NCBI GenBank assembly: GCA_002633005.1
Contig: NMRA01000038.1
Location: forward strand, 242,410-306,409
Source of the DNA: Phoronis australis
Taxonomy: Eukaryota > Animalia > Phoronida
DNA length: 64,000 nucleotides
Reading direction: 5' to 3'
This document shows, one piece after another, positions 1-13,000 of the stretch. The notes beneath the pieces were generated by a model. It made no database searches, was not told where the DNA came from, and saw nothing but the letters and a program-made list of their open reading frames with translations. The position numbers and the translations under genes are program-made. Each line of letters begins with the position of its first letter. Position 1 is the stretch's first letter.

Positions 1-1058
1 TGGTGTCCCAGGTCCGCCACTGCACCTATCCGTCCAGAAGAGCCATACATCGATATTCGGTTGAACAATACTGTCGGACAGTTATTGTTTTTGTTGCAGT
101 CAGCATGTGAGTGAATCAGCAACAAATGTATACAACACAAGTAACTATGAACAAACTTCGACATTGTTGATTTTGCTGTAAACCAATACCTTTTATTTGG
201 CTGTAACTTATTGGCTGTTATCAATAGGTATTTTAATAGCCCTCAGTTTTCAGACCGTTCCATAAGCTTTTCATGTTCCCTTAATAGGAAACTAAATTCT
301 GTTTGATGATTTTAACCAACCCAATCATGTGCCATTGTGTTGTTCGTACGAATGTGTTTGGTTAAATCCCTTCCGGTTCCGCCGTCATCGAATGTCGTCT
401 TATTATTAAACCCGTGAAACGTAAGATGCATTGTCTCGTTTATATGACCTCGTTCTGTCTCTTATCAGTGCACCATTGGTGTGTCACTTGAGTGACAGTA
501 TTCAGCTAAAAATACCCAATACTCACTGTGTCACAAGATGCCCCCACCGTCCTGTTGTTTGTGTGCAGTCTTTCCCCAGCCACACTTGTCCAGTAACTTT
601 CTTAAAGCGTTAGTCAAGCTTGGCAAAATAGTAGTTTTCAAACTAGCGCCAAACTTTTCAGTGAGGTCTGGCTATGCTTCAGCGCATTACTTTGCATAAG
701 AGGTCAAGATAAGGAAATGGTTTAAGTGTCGACCAATAAGCCACTACCAATTTAGTATATCCTTTGATCGTGTGCCACAACGTATAACCTCTGTTAACAC
801 CGTCCTATCTTTTCGTGTACTGACATCTGGACCGTGTTCGAACACCCGTTTACACACTTTTTGTGTTGTATACGAAAACTCCATCTGTGGACAGTGATCC
901 ACAGTCATTCGAGTGTGTAGAGATGGCTTGTAGGAGCCTTTGTGTGAAACAATGCGTTTTTTAAAAAAAATTGCCTACAATGCGGTATCAATTGTTCCCA
1001 CGACATGCTGAATTCGACGTGCCGGACTGGTTAATCCAGACTGGTGCTGCACAGCGGT

Positions 1059-2909
1059 TAGACAGTGACCACCGTCTCTAGCTGGCTCAGTAGTTGCTAT
1101 ACATGTAGGAGCTTCATACTCCGGAAGCTTTTGGGCGAATTATGCCTCACACTGATTAAAAAGTCAAAGTCACGTTGTTATGAGTACTTTTTGCGAATGA
1201 AATGACACCTTAGCAGGCCGTCGATGTCTTTAAAGTCCTTATCTCAAAGGGCAATCTATTTCAAAAACTCAAAAATATATACCAAATTGAATAATATGTA
1301 ACATGCCATAATGTTCAGATCCGTTCTCTTATCAAATTATCAAATTAAAGACCCTTTTGAGCACAATTTTGTGCCTCGGCCGAGACCGGAAAATCATCGA
1401 CTGTTCGCGTCTATTTCCGTGATGTCGGTGAGTTCCTGCTCATCAGGTTGTGAAGTACGTCCCGCAGCCAACGCTCGGCAACTGAGGTCAGCCCTGACTA
1501 ATCGTGAGGGTACGTCAAATTTCAGCAACAGTACGGCCGTTTGGGTAATAAATTAGAGGAAAAAAACTGTCTTGATAAGCAAATGTCTTATCTTCATCCC
1601 CGTATCTTGAAACTGATGCAAAGTACCAGCCTGGAATAAGCAATTGCCGTGTGACTACCTGGACGTGTGAGCGCAATGCGTACTTGGCAGCAAGTCGGCA
1701 CCGGCTTTACTGGCCGTAAAAAATGTAAAATAGAAAGAAAAAGCATCCACACACGGTGATGTTTCAACAAACAAAAAAATGAGCTCCACACTCCTATTGC
1801 AATAACGCGCACCTGTGCTTGATTTTGCTGAACGGACACAGTAACCAATGAAGTAATTCCCCTGCAGTTGCCGTGACTCTTCTCCGGGAAAATAATCACT
1901 TGCTAAATTGGTCTTGGTTTTCAATTATTAGGGAAAATATATTTTAACACCTGCCAAAAACTTACAATATATAGTCTGTTGTCTAAATATAAAAATTCAG
2001 CACCGCACACGGGGTTCTAGTGAATTTTAGTCAATGAGTTGAATGTCAGCGATGGGGAAAAAATGCAGTGCTAGGAGCATGACGTAGTATTTTTTAATAA
2101 TAACTTTGTCACAAGAATTTCACTCATTCAAGGCCCGGGTAACTAGTTAATGTGTTCATCTTGCCCCACGAAGCACACAAGTCCGCGCACGGCAGGCCAG
2201 GCGGTTCAGTTCCTCCGGATAGCAGTTTATACGAATGTTTCTGGCTAAGTGGGAATTGTTCCTTTTACCTTAAACTCATAAATACTTATATTACACCATT
2301 TGGCACCATGGGAAGTTTTCTTCCTGAAATTAATTCTCCATCAAGTGGTTTTCTGTAATTCATTGTTATTTGCTGCAGGGCCGTAACGGAAGTCGCGGGA
2401 GACCACTGGCGGTATCTTAGTTTCCGTCTAAATTAATGAGTGGCGCGTTCATTAAAACTTTCCTCGACTACGCATTGTTCATTGGTTATGAGATGAGTAC
2501 TGCATGGTTCCTTCTAATTTCTTCTAACCATTCAATAAGGGTTAAAAACGTGTGCTTCTAGGACTTTGATTCCTTCCAACTCGAACAAATACTCCCGTTA
2601 TCAAACATTTTTCTTCGGGCAGTCCCTCGTTCAGTTCCCAAAATCGGTAACTGGCCATTTTTACACTGCGAACGCCAAGGGATATGACGTCGTACAACCT
2701 GCCTGGACTATTTGTTCGAGTGGGAAGGAATCGAACTCACCGATGACCTCCTAAGGTATCCCTCTATGCGCAAAAAGTATTTATAACAACAAGACTTTGA
2801 TGTTATAGTCGCTGTGAGGCATAATTCGCCGAAAAGTGTCCGGCGTATGAAGCTCCTATAGGGGCTGTGTCATGTCTAGTGGTCAGCTAGAGACGGTGGT
2901 CACTGTCTA
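1059..2909. repeat. Outer 26-bp perfect inverted repeat enclosing the 1108-2856 element
   Basis: tagacagtgaccaccgtctctagctg at 1059-1084; exact reverse complement at 2884-2909. Confidence 0.8.
1108..2856. mobile_element. Non-autonomous DNA transposon with long imperfect TIRs (at least ~115 bp) and TA flanks
   Basis: ggagcttcatactccggaagcttttgggcgaattatgcctcaca (1108-1151) is the imperfect reverse complement of 2813-2856; similarity extends to about 1224/2740; TA on both sides. Confidence 0.75.
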
Positions 2910-5689
2910 CGCTGCTGTGTGACTGGAGAAAAACTTCCATTTGCATGCACATGTAGTTTGGCAACAGTGTGATTTGGTTGAGAAACGATCAACAGTAACA
3001 TACTGTATCATCCTCGAAACACTGAATAAAAATACATTCTGTACGTTAACTATGGTTACCAAAGAATATGTCAGTTTTATGTAAGCCCTGTCTATACTTT
3101 TTGATTTTTAATATGTGACGTTCTTTAAGATTTTTACGAAGTTTGGTCACAGTCTAAACACTCCGAGATGTCGTCACGGTAATGTTCACATGTGTCAGGC
3201 GGATCGCAGATTGAATACACGGTAAAAAAAATTAACTTACGATAAAATTGTTCGCTGAAATTGACGGATTTCTATTTTTCAGGGGCTTACCATGTTGTTG
3301 CGAATGCTCAACATTTTGCGAAATGTTGTCTGCTAATAGCTAAGCTATAGAAACAATGCTCAAAGCAAAGTAGATTTTCCCGAAAAAGTTATTTCGTTGA
3401 GAAATTTCATTCTGTGAAATTTCACCTGTCCGCAATGTTGTGTCTAAAACTGAAGAACTTTTAAGAGTTTTATTGTCGTTTAGCAAGTCTTGCTCTGGTT
3501 GTAAGATCGAGGACCTGGCGCATCCAATTATAATTGTTCTGCAGGCGGGGCACAAAAGAGTAAACATTAGTTCTGTTTGCCATGTTGTAATGAAAAGGAT
3601 TAATTAGTACTTATGACTTCATCCTACCTGTTGGCACCTTACAGAGAGTTGCCCCCAGGTCTCTAGCACCGTATTCCGGACTATCTTTAAATCAGTTACG
3701 TGAACACGTATAAGGCCAGAAATACAAAATATTTAATAAACTTGAACATTCCCGTTGACATTGCACAGGTGCTCCATAACATCAGCCTTTGGCCATAGTT
3801 TTATAACAACGCAGCACCTTGAATTGGAGTGAATTACTTGAATTTAGGATTTCCATTTTAATTGAATTTCAACAATTAGCGGAGTTAAGATGATGTTTGG
3901 AACCTAAATTTTTGTTGTTTAAAAAGCATTCTCGTTTCGCAAAATTACTTAAAACTGACGTTTAACCGATTGAATTTTTTCGACCCAAATTGCTTTTATC
4001 CTGGCCACAACCAGCCTTGCTTTCAACAAGGAAAGCCTTCTTCGCGCTTTCCTCGATCGCTTCCAATTGTTAGATACTGCTTTCGTTCTTGAATTTGTTT
4101 GCTATGCAGCTTGAAAAACGCTCGCCAAAAATGAAAGCGCTTTCCGCGAGCGCGTCATTCAGTACCACAATCTCGTGAAAAACCTTTATCTGCAAGTTTC
4201 AGATAGATAATTGGACAGGTTTGCCCCTTTTTTTCATAAATGTCAGTGCATTCTGATTTTTACTGAATAAAAGTATCTAACGGCAGCAGATGTCCAATCA
4301 ATTATAATTATGTTTATATAAATGTGTAATAATTTTGAATGAATGCGTGACTAAATTATCCACAGCAAAGGTGACGAATCCATATTCTAAAACATCTGTC
4401 TTTATAAGGTAGAAATCTTTTAAATCATTGAATTTATTTCCCTTATGGCTTAACTAGTCATTTATTCAACCTCTCTGGTACATTTCTTTTCATGTCACAC
4501 GCTGTAATTTTTCGCAATTTGCTAATACTCTTGGTTTTGAGAATTAAAAATATTTTTAAACCAGTCATTTATGCGAAATGATAATTACTTATGAGTTCAA
4601 TTATTTGTCTTTGCTTCTGGTATGACCACTCAAAAATTGACAAAGGGCTTTCTTATGATATGGCTATTATGCAATTCGGTTGAAAAACGGCGGAGCTGAG
4701 AAAAGCTTTAAGGACAGTAAATTCCATAGTAAGTACACACACCGCAACAAACGAGTGCAAACAGCTCTCACGCATGTATGTACGCGGCGCAACCTCAGAG
4801 GCCGCGAGATCAGAGTTGGCATTCCAGGGTTAGAGTTCTATGTTTTCACGAAACGGGCCCTTGGTGGTACGGCAGTTTATCAGTCGAGATTCCGTCACAA
4901 AACGTTGAGTCACGCGTGATTTGGATCTACATAATAAACTCGTCACTATGCGAACATGATTCACTAACCCGCAAGTGTTCAAGGCAAAATTGGTGTTATC
5001 GTTAGAATGCTGTTTTCCTCTGCGTTTGTTTCGGTGACTGATGTCCGGAAACCGTGCTGTCACGGTCACAGCGAGGCCTGCACTCTCGAAGTGTTTCTTC
5101 GCTGAGTTGTGACAAACTTAATCAATAAAGCGTGAGTAATGTTAGCAGCAAAGGCAATTGTCATTTCGGGACTCATGGTCATAAACATATGGCGATTTAT
5201 CTCTAACAATTGGCTGATTCATAACAACACATCTGAAAGTGTCATTTATTGATAATTCTCAGTGGCACCACGGATAATCGACCACAGTCAAGTTACACAA
5301 ATTAAAGATACACCGCCCGGTTCAATTCACTGTGATTACCAGTAAACAGCGACAACTCTGCGCCAACTGAATACATAAAAATTAACGGAACGAGTAACAA
5401 AAATATTAACTGATTGATAACGCTGGGCTTCCATCATCCACTCCACCATGATCATCGTCGTCGTCCTCACCATATCCATAACGTAGGTCAGTGGTTTTAA
5501 CTTCAGACTCCCTTCTGAGAGACCCTAGTTCAGAACCTGACATTACTGGCAAACAGTTGAGCATTGCAAAAACTCTTGTCTTCCTACTCTGAACGCGGCC
5601 CTATTCATGGATGGATGCATGGGAGTAAATGAGAACTTAGATATAGGATAAAAACAATTTCTGGAGGCGTGTCAATATTTTAAGAAAAT

Positions 5690-6060
5690 ATGGCCATTAT
5701 CGCCACCGTTGTCGTCATTGTCATCATCATCATCATCATCAGTAATACCAGTATGATAATCTTCACCACCTTGACCATCATCAGCAACACCACCATCGTC
5801 AATATCGTCATCGCCATTATCATCATCATCGTCAACACACCATTATTATCTTCACCGTCATTATCATCATCGCCATTTCCATCATCAACACCACAATCTT
5901 CACCATCAATGTCACCATATGTCATCGTTACTGTAATTATAACTGCCATTAGGATTGTCGCCCTTGTCGTTACTGTCGCTGTTGTCACTTTTATAGTCGT
6001 GTTAAGTGACAATTAGTAGACGCATATACACACACATACATCGTCATCGCCGTCATCTTT
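5690..6060. repeat. Degenerate (ATC/GTC/ACC)n trinucleotide low-complexity tract
   Basis: Visible catcatcat/cgtcat runs. Confidence 0.85.
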
Positions 6061-9000
6061 GTTTGCATAAATAAGATCTTTATCATGCGATATTGTCACG
6101 TACAAACTTGAAGCTCTTAATGTGAACGTCTCCTGAACAATATCATGCCGAGTTTGAGTGCGCAATACAACTCGCGATCATCATTTATCAATAATTAGGA
6201 GACTCTCAATTATCTTATAGTTCGAAATAACATCGTTACCCGAGTCTCCGAGGTGTTTTGAGCGATTGCTTTAGATTAATTTAAATGAATAATGCAGCAG
6301 TAATTCAGTTAATGAAAAAGGACATTTTGCCGTGGCCCTGTTTAACACGAAAATGCAACACTGTTGATTAGAATCGGCTCATCGAAAATCAATTGACTAT
6401 TGGTTGACGTTACTTTAGAGATTTGGATACACGTAGTCAAATCAAGAGATGTTATTTCGTGTGTGTGTATATCATAAAACAACATCTCTAACGTATTCGC
6501 CATCACCTTGTTTGTATTTTTCTTTTTATTAATTTATTTTTGTCCGTCTTTTTCCATTTTTGCCGTATTTTTCCATCGTTTTTTATCAATTTGTATTCTT
6601 CGATTTCTTTGAACCATCCATCTGTTTCGTCTAAGATTTTTCATCAATATCCTTTTTTGGTTCTATTTATTCTTCGCTTGGTTCTTCCTTTTGTTTTCTT
6701 CCCTTTTCTTTTTTTAATCTTCGTCTCTTCGGATTACCTCTTTCTTCTGTCGTCGGCTCTGTTTCTTGTTCCTCCCTCTTTTGTCGTCTAGTAATTTAAT
6801 TGACTCGTGAACCTGGCGAATTTTGTTTAATAAATTTCAGCTCATCTATAAGCTCTTGGAGGTTTTGGTTAGGACACTAGATTGCCACTATAATTGCCTA
6901 TATCGTGTGTAACCGTTTGGGTGTTAATTGGTATCATGTGACCTATAAGTCCAAGACGTTGAGAATGTGTTGAACACAAACTTTATGTGTCTCCGTATTG
7001 TATTCTGTGATGCATCCATGCCACTTTTATAATAAATATATCTAAGTAGTCGTCAGCGGCTCCTTTCTAACACTGTCGAATATCTGGTTAAATGTTTAAC
7101 AGCTCCAAACAACTACAAATTCGCCCAAGTAAGTTCGTGATTGACATGGATCGATAGTTTCCCTTTGTTGTTAAGGAATGTGTGATTTCGGTTTTGGAAA
7201 ATGTTTTGAATCACGGCCACGATTTGTGTTCAGACCAACTAAACCTGGGTGTATGTTTTTCTGAAGTTGTACAGTACATGTAATTGTTATGCAACTGTTG
7301 CTGTTCACACCGACAGTTAAACTATTCTATCCCTAGTTTGTGGTTTTAATCGCTAGTCGGCAGTGATATCGTTTTCCGATTTACCACAGTAAATGCCTCG
7401 GTGCTCCATTGTTTCCAAAGGCATTCGTCAGCAGCACCAATATCTACTGAGTTACGCTGTATGAGACTGTCTCCGGTCAACATATGCATGAACAAAACCT
7501 CAAAACCCAAGCGATAATAACCTTTTGCGTCAAGGTAAAGACAAAACGAGAAATTCGATAGCCTGTACGAAAGTGCCTTCTAGTCTTAACTTTTTTTTCT
7601 AATTTCTGTAAGACAATTGTAGACTCCTAATTACCTTGCATATTGCGTCCATATTAATCCAATAACCAGTTTTGCTTTGAGTGTTCGGAGTTAATTGGTG
7701 GTTCAAGCTAGAGGTGTTACATGCAAAGTGTGTGCCAAGTTTCTAGAGGGGAAAACAAAATCACGAAAGGACACGAAAAATCACTCGAGTGAAAGACGAA
7801 TGCTTTGCGAGTAAGCTCGTGACCTGACTTTCGTAACCTAGCAAAATGGTGGTCACTTAAGTGATAAGTCAGAAAGGTTGGAATATTTAATTACAGGTTA
7901 GAATTCATAAATTATGGTATAAAAACCATTGTGCCCGATCCATGAGCGAAACGTTCTCGCTACAAGAACATGTACATAGCCAATGTCTTTGACTACGGAA
8001 CCCCGCTCTGGTTTGGAGTGAAGAGACGACGTTCACTCACGCAGATCGAAGTCTTTTCGCCCATTCGGTGCAGAGAAAGTATGAATAATACCTTTGGTCA
8101 ATTCTTTATAAAAGTCACTCACTGTCTTAAGTTTTGACTTTCAACGACTGACTGCAAGCAATAGAATAGGGCTCTAGATAACTGCAAAAATCTGACGCGT
8201 TTAAGGGAATCTGAATGTTCTGCCCTAGGGTAAGAAGTATGAGATGGTCGATAAGAGAAGGTATCATCAATTGGCAAAATAGTCAATAGTGACATTTTAT
8301 TCGGGACAATTTAACAAGTTGAAAAAGTGCGTGATACAATCGCACTCATTACAACTCTGGCTTAGGGTTTCCAGAGAAATCACAAATGTTACTGTTAACT
8401 GGAATAAGGGAGTAGAACATAATTGACGGAGTTGTCCAAGAATTTTTTTTTTTGGTTTTTTTGCGTGTTTAACTTATTCAAGTGCAAGTACAGCGACAAC
8501 GCTTGTTACTTACTTGCATTTAATGTTGCGCAATAGTCAGTTTCAAAGTGATTTAGGGGGCCCTTTTGATTGGTTACACGTATTTGGATGTCCATGTTCA
8601 GAAAGCAGTTGATCTTTAACAACTTCCGCCCAGTATGCCACAGCGCCTTCTGTCAACAACTTGTGTTTGATTTAGACTACTGGCTTACACTTATGGAATT
8701 GGTCTCGCGTTGCTCCTTAGTCAGAATGGAAGTGATTTCAGGGTTTAGAAAGAACAGTGTTGCTTGAGACCAAACCGGATAGAGTAACTTGACCCGGCTG
8801 GTCATTTCATGGGACGGACATGGTTCCCAAGCCCAGAAACTAGTTCTAATTACACTACGGGACAGTTGAGGCCAATTTTTTTTCTCGGCAAGTCATGGGC
8901 AGTGCAGCTCTCACTGAAATAAGTGAGGGATGTAGCACACATTTAGTGCTGTGATATTAAGAGCATTTGTAGGCACGTTAAGAAATGTCCAAATTAAGTC

Positions 9001-9475
9001 AATTAATGGTTGATTAGATTTCCATAACTTGTTAGGTTCAATCAACTATTATTTCCAACGCATTAAGACACATTGCGACCAGGTGCTTCTGTCCTCATAA
9101 AAATATCGATTGAGGCTAAAATATAGGGTGTAAACTGACTCAGTAATACAACAATCAGGCGTGGAATTTTTATAAGACGGAAGATGGGGCGTCTGATCTG
9201 AAAACGAACGTTCATAAAGGCGTCTATGCGATAGCTGACGGAGGAACAGAATTCACAGCAGCGACGAAGAGCGGACACACCACTGACGTGACGTCAATGT
9301 TGTGAAGCATGCTCCTCATATGCTAAGATACGTATAAGCCGTTTTACGAGTAATTAACATTATTAAGTAAAATATTAATATTCTGTCCAATCGCGGCAAT
9401 CACCATGAGCGGAAGGGCTTACACCACAAATCACAGCATTGGAGTTTAGGCTTCTCATGGTAAGAAGACTCCATG

Positions 9476-9488
9476 TTCTCTCTCTCTC

Positions 9489-9528
<40 letters not shown>

Positions 9529-9621
9529 TCCCTCTCCCTCTCNNNNNNNNNNNNNNNNNNNNNNNNNNNNNNNNNNNNNNNNNNNNNNNNNNNNNNNNNN
9601 NNNNNNNNNNNNNNNNNNNNN

Positions 9622-9660
<39 letters not shown>

Positions 9661-9720
9661 CTCCCTCTCCCTCTCTCTCTCTCAATCTCTCAAGCTCTCA
9701 ATCTCTCAAGCTCTCAATAA
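9476..9720. repeat. (CT)n microsatellite spanning N-gap 9543-9621
   Basis: Direct. Confidence 0.95.
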
Positions 9721-9850
9721 TTTCTCAATTTATCTCCTACTGCACTATTTTGGACAGAACGAATGTCGGGGATGAAGACGATGGCGATGACAATTGACGA
9801 TTTAGTAGTGCACAGCGCAATGATGATATTCCTGTATTATTTTCTTTTAG

Positions 9851-10012
9851 GTGCACTTTTTGGTCCAGGGGAGGACGTCATGTTATTTGAAAATGCCTTC
9901 AAGTTTGCTATATCAAGTATAAACAACGACAACACAATACTTCCACATTCTCACCTGGTGGCTTATATAGAAAAGATCGATTCTTACGACAGTTTTCAAG
10001 CCACGCGGCAAG
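9851..10012 (+). CDS. Gene A ATD exon (GALFGPGE...SFQATRQ)
   Basis: ttttag acceptor, ag|gtaagt donor, phase 1/1; homologous to gene B exon 55777-55932. Confidence 0.88.
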
Positions 10013-13000
10013 GTAAGTCTTAAAAGTGTGGTCAATTACTGTACAAATCACGTCCTTCAACACAAATGATGGACGGAATCGGACACTGTGCTAGTAAAGC
10101 TAAACTTCACCAAGCAGCCGAGAATTTTAAGCGATATGAAGCCGCATTTCGCCGCCAGTGTATAGCTGTCAATGTTGAATTCTTAATTAACCGTAGAGCT
10201 TTGGGGCTTAAAAATGTTACCACTGTCATGCAATCTTGAATTATTGTCGAATGAACAAGCAACTCAATTTAGAAGCAATTCGTACATGCGCTATTTTCGA
10301 ATCCGCAATTTTGGGTTTTTCCAACCGTAATATATTCGAAAGCGCTTTCTTGTGTTGCTTGTGGTTACGATGTTTTTGCTGATAATGGAAACAGAATCTT
10401 ATCACGGAGCGATTGTAATGAGACCGACTTTATGAGAGTAAAAGGCCTAATTAGTCGATTTGCGTTTTAGCCAGCTAAACAGGGCGAGAATCAGCCTTAA
10501 TGGACAGGGTCACCAACCTCGATTTTAGTTAATTCTACCGTTTGACTGGAAACCCTTGCCAGGAATTTGCGATTTTAAAGAAATCACAAAAACTGAACGG
10601 ATTTTGCTGACAGCTAGTAACTCGAAGTAGTCTATCCTACTCATGATTCCAAACTGAGTTTTTCGGCTATTAAACCGATTGTGTCTTTTTAATGACTTTT
10701 TAATGATAATAACTCTAGTAACTCCGTCTAGCGTTCGGTCACGAACCAGCCAATTGTCAGAGTCAAATTGCCTTCGGAGGCATCAGTTCTTCTAATCAGA
10801 GTTCCTTGTGCTCTTTGAAAAATATCCCAAAAAGTGATAATGTTTCATAAACATAACGCCAATCACATAATGGCTACGCATTGTGTTTCGCACCCTGTCA
10901 CTGAAATGCTGTGGCGTTTCACATCAATCATTTAACATCTACCCTCTAGTTACAGGTAGTGTACATTGCACCCATTGACGTTAATACCCACCAGTGCCAT
11001 TCAGTATTGGGAACAAAATAAATATGAATGCTTAATTAATTTTGAACAGTCTGGTAGAAATTCTATCCTACAACTAATTAGCTCTATCGTCGTCATGCTC
11101 CCATTGCTGTGTGGAATGATCAAGTTACGGTCTGATGCGCTTGTTTACTCGTTTATTTAAAGAAATATTTCACCGCCCTACAGGATCTATTTTCAGACAA
11201 ATGTTGCTTTTCCTGTTGTGACTTGTTCCGTTTCTTCATGCACTGGTGGATCTAGACTGTGTCAGGGCGACCACAAGTTTCGATGGAAACGTGTTCGTAC
11301 AATAACGGTTAAAATCGGCATGCGAGACGTTTGTGACTCGGTAGTAGCATTCCTAGATCCCTCAATTCCCCTTATGTCCTAAACCGCTGGCCCTCTTGCG
11401 TAAAAAGCCTGGCATCTACTCAATGAATAACTGAATACGTCGCATTTGCCGCGGTGTAACCATAGAGTATAGTACATGGACCGCCATCTCCGTATATTTT
11501 CAATGGACGAAATTTGAGAGCCTACGCTTAAGGCGTGACGTCACTATTCACTGTGGCAGACAACACGTTTTACTTCCGGCAAGTACGTCGTCTGCTAATC
11601 ATGGTCATTTCGTCGGGATTTGGATCGGCGAGTTTGCCGAACTCGTATCCGTGTTTTAAAAGTTGAACTCTTGTAAAACGTTAACTTGTTAAATAAAGTT
11701 CATATCAACACTCCAGAAATAAGCACCAGGCCTACTCAAAATCTATCTCGCACTTCCACAGCAGTTTACGTATTCCACGGGACGTTTCATTTTAAGCTTG
11801 AATGCACGCCGGCGCCGCTCAAAATTTCTGGAGTCTTAGTTTATGAAAATACCACCAACTAATGCCGAAATTCTTTTTTTCGTTGTACTGGACAGTAAAA
11901 TAGTTGCAAGAATTTCTCGTCACGGTACACTAACCGGAAGCTGAGTTTGCTATGTTTAGAGGGTGGAGCCTCCTCTAGGAAATCACGCAAGAAAATGTCG
12001 GAGTTTCGAATCTGCTGTCTGTAATCTATGGTGTAACTGCTGCTCAAAAAATCAGAGGCAGTAGAAACAACCGGAAACTAAAACAAAAATGATACAGACT
12101 CGCTTCAAGATTTTTCGAAATTATCTTTATTGCAAATTTCTACTCTGGACCCAAACGCATCATCTGTGTGTATTCGTAAAACATCCAATCTTCTACGGAC
12201 AATAAACCTACCCCTAATATGTTTTTTGATTAATGCTACTTATTGGACTCATCTAGTTCCATACACAGATTAGCGTGATTTTTAGACTTGAGAAGGTCGT
12301 TATTCCTTCAAAGCAGGCCAATTAAAAGGACATAATCGGTTTTATGGACGGAAAACGCATTTTTAGGATTATTGTGGGATGGGATAGACTTATTAGCTTT
12401 GACCAGAGCTTTAGAACAACAAAATCCGTTGCCTTTTCATGGGTTTATTTCAAATGGACAATTCTCTCCATCGTCTGCCAGTCGTTCGCTGAAATCGAGG
12501 CTGGTGACTTAAACAATTAAAAACACTTCCTCTGTCATTTATCAAGTGAAGTTTAGCCACGCCAGCAAAAGTTGAATTGCCGCGCCACCGCGGGGGTTGT
12601 GATTTTAAAACCATTTTTCTCGCAGACAATGTCACTTGAAGTTGTTTATCATGGCGGATTCTTTTGATTCTTCAAGACAATGTCTGGCAGGGGAGACGCG
12701 GGCGATTTATTGTACCAAACGAACAATCAGGGCCCTAAGTCTAATCTGTTTACTCGAGATGAAATTCGCACTTCTTTTTGGCATTTTCTACTCTACTTTT
12801 GTCCAAATTAAAGATAAATGTCTATTGATTTATATTCGAGTTTATAATAGCTTACGTGAATAACTGCATAATCCTAGTTTGTAAATGGCGACCCTCAAAT
12901 TAAGTTTAGAACTTCGAGTCTGAACTCGAAATTTCTAGTTTTTACTCGAAATCTCGAGTTGTACCTCTGTAGTTCGAACCTAGGGGTCCTCAAGTATGAA

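Noticed and set aside
5483-5640. tRNA gene or tRNA-SINE
   Set aside because: Only weak A/B-box resemblance and no cloverleaf.
5680-6791. Hydrophobic membrane-protein-like ORFs
   Set aside because: Products of trinucleotide and pyrimidine-rich low-complexity DNA.
9439-9775. SL/RE dipeptide ORFs
   Set aside because: (CT)n microsatellite spanning an N gap.
1-9850. Signal-peptide exon of gene A
   Set aside because: Candidate donors I checked (near 5487, 7129, 8230, 9460) gave stops or no hydrophobic core; the exon is probably upstream of the window, or I missed it.
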